In this document: one piece after another, positions 29,781 through 39,675 of the stretch
Numbering within the stretch: position 1 is the first letter of the stretch
Layout: every line of letters begins with the position of its first letter
IMG/VR virus record: IMGVR_UViG_3300044846_001842
Location: 16,107-80,106 of that record
Direction: 5' to 3' (one strand)
DNA: 64,000 bases
DNA from: a virus
Translations under genes and position numbers: made by a program
The notes under the pieces: model-generated
What the model saw: the letters and a program-made list of their open reading frames with translations, nothing else
The model's database searches: none
Told to the model about the DNA's origin: nothing

Positions 29781-32700
29781 ATGGGATGTTTACCACACAA
29801 AGAATCAATCTCTAATGCTACTAAAGATTTAAAAGAAAAAGGATTTTTAGGGGCTAAAAGAGATGTACCTTTAGATAAAGTAGATGAGGTAAAAGAATAT
29901 CACAATTCTTTATTAAAAACTATTAATGATAATTATGGTTTACAACTTACTTCTTTATTTGAAGTAGAAATTAAAGTTACAAATTCTGAATCAGATTCTA
30001 AGTTTTCAAGAGATACTGTTGCTAGGTTAACTTTTACAGAGAGTGCTTTTACTCAAATAGATGCCAAAAGAAAAGAGTTAGGCATTTATGAAGATAAAGT
30101 TTCTATTGGAGAGTATAATGATTTTATGACTATTGAAAAAGAGACTAAAGTAGAAGAAGAAATAAAAAGACTGGCTGAGATTAGAGAAGTTAATGCTCAG
30201 TCAGGTTTTATCAATGAAGCTGGAGATATTTTTGCTACAGCAGAAGAAGCTATGCTCTCTCAAGAAGAGGATTTATTTCTAGAAGAAAGTGATGATAACT
30301 TGATTATCTCTAGGAGTACAAGTGCTTCTTTAAATGATCCTTCTTATGACAGTTACTTAAAACAAAAAGAAAATATCTTAAGAAAAGTAGAAATTAATAT
30401 TGAAAGACTTTATAATGAAAAGAGAGTAAGTCCTCAGTCTGATACAACTGCTAAAATTTCTAGGTTAACTAGAATACAGGAGAGTTTAAAAAGAGAAATA
30501 GATGACTTTAATACTCAAGCTAATAAGGTAGATTTAATAAATGACTATTTTCAAAGAGATTTTGATTTAATTCAAGAGCTTTTAGATAATCCTACATTAG
30601 ACAATCTTTTCTTAGCCAAAGAAGTTTTTAAATACATTGAAACTTCAGCTAACACAAGTATTGAGAACAGAAATAACTCTTTATTTACCCCTAAAAGCAA
30701 CACTTATTTTGCTCCTGAAGTTAAAACTCTTATAGATGAAATAGCTTCTAAAGTAAATGATGTAAGAGCTGACATTGATACTTCTCTAGACAACATTTTT
30801 CTAAACCTTTTAGAAAAGCATGCTCCTAATTTAGCTACTCTTTATCCTCAGTATGTGACTACTGATTCTGCTGGAAATCAAGATGTAGATATTGAAGCTA
30901 TAAAAGAAGAGTTGCTACAACAACTTCAAGACATTACTTGGGGAGAATCTATGTTTTTTGGGCTAGGACAAAATGTGTCAAGTCCTAATAACATCTTAGA
31001 TGATTTGATGGTTTTAGAGTATGAGAAGGCTTCTATTAGAGAATCTGCTAAAGCTCAGAGAATTATTGCTGACATTGATTCAGCTATAGAAGATGCTGAA
31101 AAAGAACTGGAAAAATTAGGTAAAAAAATCACAGCCAGAGTAGGTAAAATTGTTTATTCCGGATATGATTATAGTATTTTTTATCAAAAAGACAGTAATA
31201 AAAATGTAAAACCTAATCTAGTAGGTAAGTATTCTAAAAAATGGGGAGATACTATTGGGTCTATATTTTCTGACTCTAATAAAAAAGTATTTCAAGCAAG
31301 ACAAAACAAAGACTGGTCAGAAGTAGAAAGACTCTTATCTGAAAAATACAGAGAGATGAATGATGTTTCTGATTTTGTAGATTTCACCTTGCTTCATGAT
31401 GTTGTGTCAGGCCCAGCTTATGCTAAATTTAAAAACCCTGATACTGCTGCAGCTCAGCAATATAAGCAAGATCTTGTTGATAAGATTGGAGAAGAAGAAT
31501 ATCAAAATCTAGTAGAACAACAAAAAAACTTCCTAGATAATTTTATGGAAGAAATGAAAGTTCTTACTGATTTTAAAAAAGCAGAAGAAAATGTCACTAA
31601 ATATAGATATTTATCTGATGCTGCTAAAACTAGTTTAGAAATTACTGAAAAAAGATTGAGTCCTTTAGAGTTTTTAAAGGCACATCAATCTAATCAACAA
31701 AATATGATTACCTACACTATAGGTACTCAAACTAATCAAAAACCTTCTTTTTTAAAATACAACACTGTAATACCTAAAGTGCAAACTTCTAATGGAGTTG
31801 ATACAGATTTTTATGATAAGGATTTTGATATGATAGACACTAATCCTGCCCTAAAGAAACTATGGACAGCAATGAGAGCTAGCTCTAAAACTATTGCAGA
31901 GAACCTTGTAGATTCTGATTTAAGAGTAAGTACAGACTCAGTCTTGTTTATGGAGAAACAGAATGCAGAACAGCTTATGGATAAGAGCTTTCTTGATTTA
32001 GTGAAAAGAGGATTAGGTAAATTATTTAATGTAAAAGGGTTTTTAAAAGGTATTGTTAGTGCTAAAAGACCTAATTACAACCATCAAAATAATGAAGTAG
32101 TTTTAGCTGGAGAACTAAAAACAGTTCAAGGCCAAGTTAAAAAAGACTATGATTTAACTAAGACTGAAGTTTCTAATATTTTAGATAAACAAATATTAGA
32201 TAACACAGATATAACACTGTCTAGTCTTAGCCCTCAGCAAGTAAAAGCTCTTTTAGATACTTTAGGAGTATCTTCTATCCAAGAGTTTCAAACTGATATT
32301 CCTAGTGATGTTTTTAAAGTTTCAGAATTAAAAGTGTTTTCTGAAAGAAGAGTCATGCAGTCTCAAACTTTAAACTTGCCAGTTTTAATGAAAGCTCTAC
32401 TAGAAATCTCTGCAGAGCACAAAGCTAGAACTGAAGCAAAGAATGAAATGGCTGTTTACATCACTAAAAGTAACACTATAAAAAACCAAAAAGATACTGT
32501 CTTTAATAAAAAAGGAGGAGATAGAAAAAGTGAGAGAGAAAGACAAGAGTTTTGGAATGAAAGAGTAGTTCTTAATAAGAATCAAAAAGACTTAGGGGGT
32601 AGTATAAGCCAAAGTTTAATCAGTGCTTTTGGAAAAGCTGATTTTAATGTAGCTTTACTAGGTCAGCATTTCTATAAAAATTTCTCAAAAGAAGAAAAAT

Positions 32701-34730
32701 TAATCTACAACTCCGCTATAAAAAGGTTGGGTAAAATTGAAACTGAAATTGCTAATGCAACTTCTGATAAAAAGATTAAAGAATTACAATCTGAAAAACA
32801 AGATTTAGAACAAAGAATTAGACTCTTAGGTAAAGACTATATGTTTGCTGCTTTATTTGATAAGGTAGTAAATGAACTTACAGTTAAAGTAGGATTAGGT
32901 TATAATGTAGTGGCTAATGTTAGAAACAGATTTCAAGCTTTCTTTACTTTACTTGCTAGAGATGGAGAATTTTGGAGTAATGGAAATATCTATCCTGTAA
33001 ACCATTTTATAGGATTAAATAAACTAAGATTTACTAATAAAAATTATGCTACCCAATGGGATATAAGTGAACTTTTTGTAAAACAATTAGGTAGAATCCA
33101 AGATGGTACTAATGAGTTACAAAAAGCTGAAAGTAAATTACAAAAAAGAGCTAGGTGGTTTTCTCCTATGTATGGAACTCAAGTAGTTGAGTACTATAAC
33201 CAAAAGTCAGGTATACTAGCTATGGCTATGGATGTCATGGTTAAAGATGTCAATGGAAAAGAAGAACCTTTATTTGATGGAGGAGCTTTTAATGTGTATA
33301 AAGACCCAAAAGAAACAGGAGGAAAGCTAGTATTAAAAGATGAGTTTAGAACTCCAGAGAATATAGCTCAGTTTGAATCTATGGACTCTGAAGATATGAC
33401 TACCTGGAAAACTGATATAGATAATATGACTAAAAGTATTGCTGGAGATTACAGCAAGACTGGTATCACTAGAATCAAAGGTAGTATCTACACTAAACCT
33501 TTTATGGTTTTTAAAACCTGGCTTCCTAGATTTATTTCTTCAAGATATAGATATGAGCAAAAAAATATCAGAACAGGTCAGACTGAAACAGGGTATTTAT
33601 TGTCTACTTTCTTAAATAAAAAAACTTCTGTGGCAGGAGGATTAATGCTTGGAGTTACTAGTCTTATAGGTATAGCTGCATCTTCTCCAATTCTTGTGGG
33701 AGGTTTTGTAACAGCAGGTTCTATAGCAGCAGCTATGGCTATATACAAGAAAAGTAAAGGGCAAGGGCCTATTGTTGATCCTACTGAGTTAATTAGTATT
33801 AAAGAGCAAGCTTTATTTGTTCTGAAGAGTGTAGCTTACACTCCTTTAGAATGGGGTAATATTGTTTCCGGAAAACAGCTAATAAAACAACCTACTTTTA
33901 GTGAGGATGCTAAACTAACTAAACAAGAAAAAAGAGATGTTAGGTTAATGGCAAGAAACATGCAGACTACTATTGCCTTTATAATGATAAAACTTGCAAT
34001 ACAAGCTTTGTTTCAAGACAATGAAGAAGATGAACCAAAACCTGAAGACCCAGATGAAATCTTAGCTTGGGAACAAAGAAAAAAGGATAAGGAAGAAGAT
34101 AAAAAATGGTACAACTTTGTAGAAAATCAAGTTACAGGAATGTACCAAGAGATTTCTTTAGCTATGGATCCTTATGCTATGGCAAGTACTTTAGGTAGTA
34201 AAAATGGTCTTCAAAATAGTATGGATAAAATAGTTAAAATCTGTACTAGTCTTATTAATTATGCAAAAGGAGAGGATGAAATATCTAGAGGAGAAAGACA
34301 AGGTCAATCTAAATTAGGTAATTCTATTAGAAAACAGTTTCTTCCTGCTCTAGTTAGAGATATTGGCCATGATACTTGGAGAGGAGGTCTTGAAGCTTCT
34401 ATGGAGACTGAGTGGGACAAAGATGAGTGGATGGATGGAATATTTGATTCTGATTATAAAGAGGATAAGACTGCTGCAGAGAAAAAAAGAAAAGAAGTGA
34501 GGCTTCAAATTATTGAGGATTATGACAATTCTTTAAACCCTGATCTTAGAAATATGACAGAAGATGAAAAGAAAAGTTCAGCTAAAGCAGAAGCTCTAGA
34601 TTTGTTTCCTAATCCGGAAAGAGAAAATTACACTGAAGAACAAGAAAGAAATCCAGGAGTAGAAGAATTTACAGGAGAACCTGTAAAACCTGCACCAGAA
34701 GAAACAGATCCTAATCAAGGACAATATTAA
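29781..34730 (+). CDS. Large ejected virion protein (RNAP-associated), with membrane segments
   Basis: 1649 aa, helical, hydrophobic hairpin VAGGLMLGV...AAMAIY; follows RNAP gene. Confidence 0.6.
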   Translation: MGCLPHKESISNATKDLKEKGFLGAKRDVPLDKVDEVKEYHNSLLKTINDNYGLQLTSLFEVEIKVTNSESDSKFSRDTVARLTFTESAFTQIDAKRKELGIYEDKVSIGEYNDFMTIEKETKVEEEIKRLAEIREVNAQSGFINEAGDIFATAEEAMLSQEEDLFLEESDDNLIISRSTSASLNDPSYDSYLKQKENILRKVEINIERLYNEKRVSPQSDTTAKISRLTRIQESLKREIDDFNTQANKVDLINDYFQRDFDLIQELLDNPTLDNLFLAKEVFKYIETSANTSIENRNNSLFTPKSNTYFAPEVKTLIDEIASKVNDVRADIDTSLDNIFLNLLEKHAPNLATLYPQYVTTDSAGNQDVDIEAIKEELLQQLQDITWGESMFFGLGQNVSSPNNILDDLMVLEYEKASIRESAKAQRIIADIDSAIEDAEKELEKLGKKITARVGKIVYSGYDYSIFYQKDSNKNVKPNLVGKYSKKWGDTIGSIFSDSNKKVFQARQNKDWSEVERLLSEKYREMNDVSDFVDFTLLHDVVSGPAYAKFKNPDTAAAQQYKQDLVDKIGEEEYQNLVEQQKNFLDNFMEEMKVLTDFKKAEENVTKYRYLSDAAKTSLEITEKRLSPLEFLKAHQSNQQNMITYTIGTQTNQKPSFLKYNTVIPKVQTSNGVDTDFYDKDFDMIDTNPALKKLWTAMRASSKTIAENLVDSDLRVSTDSVLFMEKQNAEQLMDKSFLDLVKRGLGKLFNVKGFLKGIVSAKRPNYNHQNNEVVLAGELKTVQGQVKKDYDLTKTEVSNILDKQILDNTDITLSSLSPQQVKALLDTLGVSSIQEFQTDIPSDVFKVSELKVFSERRVMQSQTLNLPVLMKALLEISAEHKARTEAKNEMAVYITKSNTIKNQKDTVFNKKGGDRKSERERQEFWNERVVLNKNQKDLGGSISQSLISAFGKADFNVALLGQHFYKNFSKEEKLIYNSAIKRLGKIETEIANATSDKKIKELQSEKQDLEQRIRLLGKDYMFAALFDKVVNELTVKVGLGYNVVANVRNRFQAFFTLLARDGEFWSNGNIYPVNHFIGLNKLRFTNKNYATQWDISELFVKQLGRIQDGTNELQKAESKLQKRARWFSPMYGTQVVEYYNQKSGILAMAMDVMVKDVNGKEEPLFDGGAFNVYKDPKETGGKLVLKDEFRTPENIAQFESMDSEDMTTWKTDIDNMTKSIAGDYSKTGITRIKGSIYTKPFMVFKTWLPRFISSRYRYEQKNIRTGQTETGYLLSTFLNKKTSVAGGLMLGVTSLIGIAASSPILVGGFVTAGSIAAAMAIYKKSKGQGPIVDPTELISIKEQALFVLKSVAYTPLEWGNIVSGKQLIKQPTFSEDAKLTKQEKRDVRLMARNMQTTIAFIMIKLAIQALFQDNEEDEPKPEDPDEILAWEQRKKDKEEDKKWYNFVENQVTGMYQEISLAMDPYAMASTLGSKNGLQNSMDKIVKICTSLINYAKGEDEISRGERQGQSKLGNSIRKQFLPALVRDIGHDTWRGGLEASMETEWDKDEWMDGIFDSDYKEDKTAAEKKRKEVRLQIIEDYDNSLNPDLRNMTEDEKKSSAKAEALDLFPNPERENYTEEQERNPGVEEFTGEPVKPAPEETDPNQGQY

Positions 34731-34769
34731 AAAAAAAATAAAGTAAGGCTTTTTAAAAGCCTTACTTTA
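34731..34769. terminator. Bidirectional terminator at the convergence of the two gene blocks
   Basis: Perfect 15-bp inverted repeat TAAAGTAAGGCTTTT / AAAAGCCTTACTTTA (34739-53 / 34755-69) with adjacent A-run. Confidence 0.8.
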
Positions 34770-35099
34770 GGTATAATTAAAATGTAATTTCTGTAAAAAG
34801 TCATCTTCTCTCTTGTCTAGAGCTGCTACTAAGGGTAGTGGAGTAGTGTCAAAGGTATCTGTATTAAAATACTTGGCTAACCTGAAGCACTCCTTAAGGT
34901 GAGCTTTTATCACCAGTGCTTTTTCTGACTTAGTCCTTGCTACATAACAACTCTCAATAGGAAAAAGATAGACTTTTAAAGTTTCCTCACTGTCCTTGTG
35001 AATATGAATGGCACTTCTAAAGACATAAATGTTATCTTCTGTACTTTCTGTTTCATAATCAGGAAAGATTGGAAGATCTTCAATGTCCTCTTGTCTCAT
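34767..35099 (-). CDS. Hypothetical protein
   Basis: ORF packed in the - strand block. Confidence 0.5.
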   Translation of the reverse strand: MRQEDIEDLPIFPDYETESTEDNIYVFRSAIHIHKDSEETLKVYLFPIESCYVARTKSEKALVIKAHLKECFRLAKYFNTDTFDTTPLPLVAALDKREDDFLQKLHFNYT

Positions 35100-35295
35100 C
35101 TATAATTGGTTCTTGTATGGGATTTTCAGTTCTTTCTTGCCAACCTGTTAACTTTTTCCATTGTGCTAAAAGACTGTTAGCTTTATGGACTAAAAAAGTA
35201 GGAATGTACTCTCTATTAAAAATAGACCTAAGATTCTCTTCTACATTTTTTATTTCTTCTAACTCATGTTTTGTGAAAGTTTTTCTTGATTTCAT
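35080..35295 (-). CDS. Hypothetical protein
   Basis: Short ORF overlapping its downstream neighbour. Confidence 0.45.
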   Translation of the reverse strand: MKSRKTFTKHELEEIKNVEENLRSIFNREYIPTFLVHKANSLLAQWKKLTGWQERTENPIQEPIIDETRGH

Positions 35296-35351
35296 TTTAA
35301 ATTTTCAAAACTGCAAAAGTTGCAGGTTTTGCAACTCTTGCAAGTTATTAA

Positions 35352-36041
35352 TTATTTTTCTAGTTCAGCTCTTTCAGCTTCTAAGTCTCTGTTTTGAGCA
35401 GCTTCATTAGTAAATTTTTCCGGGTATCTTACTTTCAACTTATCAATGTTATTAGTAAGTAATTGGAAAAAGTCTAACTCATAAAACTGAGCAATATTTG
35501 CTAAGACAGCTAGTTGTACAATAGGAGCATTAAACATGTTGTTAGTTGGACCACAATAAGTCATCAAAATAACAGTTAATAATGCTTCAGATTTTAATTC
35601 TAAAGGAAGTTCAGCTTCAGTAAACATACCTTCTTTAATTATTGTACTTATCTCTGCAACAACTGTATCAAAGTTATCATCAAGAGGTACTTCATGAAAT
35701 CTACATTTGTTTACAATGTACCAAGCTGTGTCAGCAAGTTCTTCTCCTAAGTTGACAATGTCAATAGGTTTTTGATAGGCTAAGAATTTCTTGAAGATAT
35801 CAAGAGTCTCTCCAATTTCAGTCACAACACCTAAATTCATGTGTCTTTCATTTAGGTCTGGAGTTCCTAAATCTGGGCAGGTTCTGGCTGCAAGTCCTTG
35901 ATATTCAAGGATAGTTTCAATTTTACTCATTCTTTTTGTTTTGGTTAAAAATTCTGTCATTTTCATTCCTGAAATAAAAGGCTTGTCAAAGATAGGAATA
36001 AAATTCTTCTTAAACAGAGCCTTTTCCCATTCCGGATTCAT
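35352..36041 (-). CDS. MazG-like NTP pyrophosphohydrolase
   Basis: GVVTEIGE...EELADTAWY...NIDKLKVRYP; the true start may be an internal Met. Confidence 0.8.
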   Translation of the reverse strand: MNPEWEKALFKKNFIPIFDKPFISGMKMTEFLTKTKRMSKIETILEYQGLAARTCPDLGTPDLNERHMNLGVVTEIGETLDIFKKFLAYQKPIDIVNLGEELADTAWYIVNKCRFHEVPLDDNFDTVVAEISTIIKEGMFTEAELPLELKSEALLTVILMTYCGPTNNMFNAPIVQLAVLANIAQFYELDFFQLLTNNIDKLKVRYPEKFTNEAAQNRDLEAERAELEK

Positions 36042-37135
36042 TATTTATCAAGTCTAAAACCTACACATACAGGAAATCTTGGGATGCCACCATCTGTGTA
36101 CTCAAAGAATCTAACCTCTGCCATCTTACCAATGTAATTCTGCTTGTTAGCTAAGATCTCTTCTCTTTCAGCATGACTAAATTTCATACCACAGTTAAAG
36201 TTTTGGACCCAAACATTGTCTCCTGCTTGTTCCATTTTCTTAGAACAAACTACAACACCTTGTTCAGGTCTACTTTCAGAAGGAACTACATCAACTACTT
36301 GATAAACTTCATCTAAGAAATCTTTGTATTTTAGTAATTGAGAACTTCTCTTGTTTACAGCATACCCTTCTTCAGAGTGTCTCACCATAGTGCCTTCATA
36401 TCCTTGAGCAATAAATCTCTGATGAAAGTCTATGATTTCTTCCTGGGAATTTACAATCCAAGTAGGTACAATCTCAATGTTAGGATTATCTAGATTTCTA
36501 AGTAAGTTATATAATATAGCATGTCTTTCTTCAAAAGGAGCATCCATAACTATATCATAGACATGATATTTAACCTGCTCTGTAAGATGAGGTCTGTATT
36601 TCTTGATTAGTTTCATATTCTCTTGGAAAGAGATGCCATGGGCATATAACTCTCCATCTAAAACCACATCTTCAAGATCTGCCAACACTATATGACCAAG
36701 AGTATCTATAGCCTTTCCTGTTCTTGACATAAACCCATCATCTTCAGAACCTAAAGATCTCATACCATCTAGCTTAGGTTGTACATAACAAGGAAATGTA
36801 ACTTTCTTCACTTCCTTCTTAAAATCCTTAGCTAGCATTGGTAATAAGAAATCCTTACCTCCTTTTTCTTGAGCTTCTTCTATACTATTGAAGTAACCTA
36901 ATCTCATCTTTTCAGTAAGTTTAGCTTGAGCTTCAATTAAGGCTTGTGATTCAGGTGTAGTAGCATTGCTTTTACCTACATTCTTTGCTTCACAAGCACT
37001 TCTGTTAATCACTGGGTTATTGGTACCAACTACCCCTGATTCTTGCACTACAAAGTGCCCTTCATTACTTATCTCTAAGTATCTGATTTTTCCTGATGAA
37101 TCTTTCTTGTAGATTCTTTTACAAAGTATTGCCAT
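36041..37135 (-). CDS. lig: ATP-dependent DNA ligase
   Basis: QPKLDGMR (motif I), LDGELY, YEGTMVR, LLKYK, PRFP. Confidence 0.93.
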   Translation of the reverse strand: MAILCKRIYKKDSSGKIRYLEISNEGHFVVQESGVVGTNNPVINRSACEAKNVGKSNATTPESQALIEAQAKLTEKMRLGYFNSIEEAQEKGGKDFLLPMLAKDFKKEVKKVTFPCYVQPKLDGMRSLGSEDDGFMSRTGKAIDTLGHIVLADLEDVVLDGELYAHGISFQENMKLIKKYRPHLTEQVKYHVYDIVMDAPFEERHAILYNLLRNLDNPNIEIVPTWIVNSQEEIIDFHQRFIAQGYEGTMVRHSEEGYAVNKRSSQLLKYKDFLDEVYQVVDVVPSESRPEQGVVVCSKKMEQAGDNVWVQNFNCGMKFSHAEREEILANKQNYIGKMAEVRFFEYTDGGIPRFPVCVGFRLDK

Positions 37136-37343
37136 ATTGATGAATATAAAGAGGAAGTCTTTCCTCTGTTTTGTGAAGATCTACTATCATCCATTGGCAT
37201 TGACTTTCTTTAAAAGTTTGACCATGTTCTGAATAGTGTTCAGTTAAAAAATGCTCACCACTTTCCCAAATATTAGGGTCATAGGAAAAAATATGGACTT
37301 CCTGTGTAGAGAAGTCCATAATAATTATCTTCTGATTAACCAT
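37119..37343 (-). CDS. Hypothetical protein
   Basis: Packed ORF. Confidence 0.5.
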   Translation of the reverse strand: MVNQKIIIMDFSTQEVHIFSYDPNIWESGEHFLTEHYSEHGQTFKESQCQWMIVDLHKTEERLPLYIHQYGNTL

Positions 37344-37630
37344 TACTCTAACCCAATAATATCAAGATAGTGTACAATAGTCAAAGCAGTAACTGGGTCT
37401 TTTTGGTCTTTAGGAGAAGTTACATTCATCCCATTAAAAGTTACATGATTTTGAAAGATAGGTGCTTTACCCACTTCTATTCCATGTGCTTCAGGAACCA
37501 TAGGCCCAATTTCTTTGATTTCAAAAGTGGTTGTGTAACCATCTTTTTCATTCTTGCCTGGCAAGATTACAAAACTTTTCTTTTTAGTGTCTGTTTGTTG
37601 CACTAATACATATTCCCCTGTTACTTTCAT
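37343..37630 (-). CDS. GroES-like co-chaperonin
   Basis: MKVTGEYVLV...VILP...IGP...VG...DIIG pattern, 95 aa. Confidence 0.65.
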   Translation of the reverse strand: MKVTGEYVLVQQTDTKKKSFVILPGKNEKDGYTTTFEIKEIGPMVPEAHGIEVGKAPIFQNHVTFNGMNVTSPKDQKDPVTALTIVHYLDIIGLE

Positions 37631-37944
37631 TACTTTAATTGTTTACCTTCAACATTTCTTTTAATTCTGTCTGCAGTTCTTTTATTTAACCATAAAAGAG
37701 CTTCATCAAGCTTTGTAATAGCAATGGCATTTTCTCTACAAGGAAATTTAGATTGCAAAAAGTTTAATCTATTTAATAAAACTTCTAAAAGTTCTTCATT
37801 AGTAGTACCATCAACAATAGTTTCTAATTCAGTAGAACCTTCTTCTTTTGGCTCTTTATGAATAAATTGTAAAAGCTGACCTGGATTTTCTTTGTTTTCA
37901 AAATTGGACAATTCATATTGATGCCCTGGAACATTTACTTTCAT
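37630..37944 (-). CDS. tad1: Tad1-like anti-defence nucleotide sponge (anti-Thoeris/CBASS)
   Basis: DGTTNEELL...RLNFLQ..FPCRENAIAITKLDEALLWLNKRTADR..RNVEG matches the Tad1 family C-terminal signature. Confidence 0.75.
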   Translation of the reverse strand: MKVNVPGHQYELSNFENKENPGQLLQFIHKEPKEEGSTELETIVDGTTNEELLEVLLNRLNFLQSKFPCRENAIAITKLDEALLWLNKRTADRIKRNVEGKQLK

Positions 37945-37967
37945 AGGATTTTAAATTTATTTGTTTA

Positions 37968-37975
37968 CAAATATA
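37968..37975 (-). promoter_or_regulatory. Bacteroidota -7 promoter element upstream of tad1-like gene
   Basis: TATATTTG on - strand in the intergenic gap; no clear -33 element. Confidence 0.45.
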
Positions 37976-37991
37976 AAGAAAAATATTTACA

Positions 37992-38843
37992 CTAAAAAAT
38001 GTATCTAATTGTTTCTAAGGGAAAATACTTAGAATATAGTTCTTTAAATTGTTGAATTAAACTGTTTTTGAATTGCCATTGGTATCTAATATTATCAGCA
38101 GCATACTGAGAGTTTTTAGACTCTTGAATTGTAGGTTGCCAAAGGTAATAGTTAACATCAGCTTTATTCCTTGAAAATTGATTTACATTATAAGTCATAA
38201 ATATACATTCTGACTTAAAATCAATGCCTTGTAGTTGTTTAAATAATTCCTCATAGTCTTCTAACCAAGTAGGATAGTAAACTATAGGACTGAAATTTAT
38301 ATGCACTTCCATTTTTGTTTGAAGTATAGGTATCATAGCAATTCTATCAGCTATGCTGTCAGTATTGGGTTCTAAGATACTTGATATAAATTGGGGCATA
38401 AGACTTACTCTTATTCTATGCTTACCCGGAGTCAAGTTATACTTTTGTAGCTTAAACTTTGTTGGGTATTTGGTGGCAAAAGTTGTTTTCAGTTTGTATT
38501 GTGTATTGAAGAAATCAAATACCTGTTGCCAATTATAGTGTTTACTATGTAAAGGCACATCAGTACTACATCCTATATCAACACAATAATAAGTGTCATC
38601 TACTTGATTAGGTTCTTTGGGCCAAGGCTTAGTGTCTACCCAGTCATAAATAGATCTTAGAATTTGCTCTGTGTTTTCATTGATATAAACCTTGTCATGA
38701 TTATACCTACCTACATAGCAATTATGAGTAAGAATGTTATTAGCAAAGTAATTTTCATTATCTTTTACAGCAAAGTTATAAAAAATTTTGCTATTTTTGT
38801 TGTCTAAAATCTTACTGATTCTCGTAATTTTTAATTTTCTCAT
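37992..38843 (-). CDS. C-terminal half of radical SAM (spore photoproduct lyase-like) protein preceded by split-intein C fragment (IntC, 41 aa, 38721-38843)
   Basis: ...YNFAVKDNENYFANNILTHN|CY intein blocks F/G; extein has FATK, RIRVSLMP, VHINFSPIV. Confidence 0.85.
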   Translation of the reverse strand: MRKLKITRISKILDNKNSKIFYNFAVKDNENYFANNILTHNCYVGRYNHDKVYINENTEQILRSIYDWVDTKPWPKEPNQVDDTYYCVDIGCSTDVPLHSKHYNWQQVFDFFNTQYKLKTTFATKYPTKFKLQKYNLTPGKHRIRVSLMPQFISSILEPNTDSIADRIAMIPILQTKMEVHINFSPIVYYPTWLEDYEELFKQLQGIDFKSECIFMTYNVNQFSRNKADVNYYLWQPTIQESKNSQYAADNIRYQWQFKNSLIQQFKELYSKYFPLETIRYIF

Positions 38844-38844
38844 T

Positions 38845-39675
38845 ATGTTAATTTTTTACTCTCACATTGAAGCAGGAAAACATTTTAAATGTGATCCAAG
38901 GACTGCAAAAAACAATCTACTCAATACCCAATACGTTATTGACAAATCTTCAGAGTATAACCCTAATACTTTATTTAGAACCTGTAAAAAATGTGAAAAT
39001 AAATACACTTCTTCTAAAGGTAGGGCAGGATACTGTCCTAGTTGTAAAAATAAAATTTCTAAAAAAATATTAAATAGAGTTTGTAAAATCTGTAGTATTA
39101 CTGCAACTAATATCAACCCTGTGTCTTTAAAATCTTGTATTTGTAAAAAATGTTCTCAGACAGGGATAGGAAGAAAGCTTCAAGCAATTTTTATTTCAAA
39201 TTTACAAACAGGTGTAAACAACTCTAATTTTGTACATGGTAATTCTACAATAAAAATATGGCAAAACAGTAGATGGGTAAAACTAAGAAAGAATTACCCA
39301 AATAAAGTTTGTTTAAAATGTGGTAAAACAACTAATATACATTTACATCACATAATTCCTCAATGTTTATTACCTCATGAAGAAAAGTTTAACTTAGATA
39401 ATATAATACCTTTATGTTCTAATCATCACAAAGAACTTCATCATCTTCAGTTAGATATTGTGCTTCTACCCAGCCTTTACCTACAATATAAAAAGGATGC
39501 TCAGCAGTTACAACAATTTTTTTACCTTCAACCTCAATTTCAATCCATGAGTTTGACTCCCTTGAAAAAATATGATGACATTTCTTTGGTTCAACTAACT
39601 CCAAAGAATTATTATAAGATAATACAAAAGTGTCATCCTGAATTTTTTCAACAGGAATTTGCCCATTTGGTGTAG
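38845..39675 (+). CDS. Free-standing HNH homing endonuclease with Zn-ribbons, antisense to the host gene
   Basis: CLKCG...LHHIIP...NIIPLCSNHHKELH; several CxxC; ATG at 38845 preferred over TTG 38788. Confidence 0.8.
   Translation: MLIFYSHIEAGKHFKCDPRTAKNNLLNTQYVIDKSSEYNPNTLFRTCKKCENKYTSSKGRAGYCPSCKNKISKKILNRVCKICSITATNINPVSLKSCICKKCSQTGIGRKLQAIFISNLQTGVNNSNFVHGNSTIKIWQNSRWVKLRKNYPNKVCLKCGKTTNIHLHHIIPQCLLPHEEKFNLDNIIPLCSNHHKELHHLQLDIVLLPSLYLQYKKDAQQLQQFFYLQPQFQSMSLTPLKKYDDISLVQLTPKNYYKIIQKCHPEFFQQEFAHLV

Noticed and set aside
35306-35345. Inverted repeat after mazG as a defined terminator or promoter
   Set aside because: Imperfect stem and imperfect -7 match; cannot tell which, if either
2996-35410. 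Short antisense or alternate-frame ORFs in the track (e.g. 2996-3262, 10602-10832, 13279-13548, 26787-27068, 35069-35410)
   Set aside because: They lie wholly within or opposite well-supported genes and have no motifs; shadow ORFs
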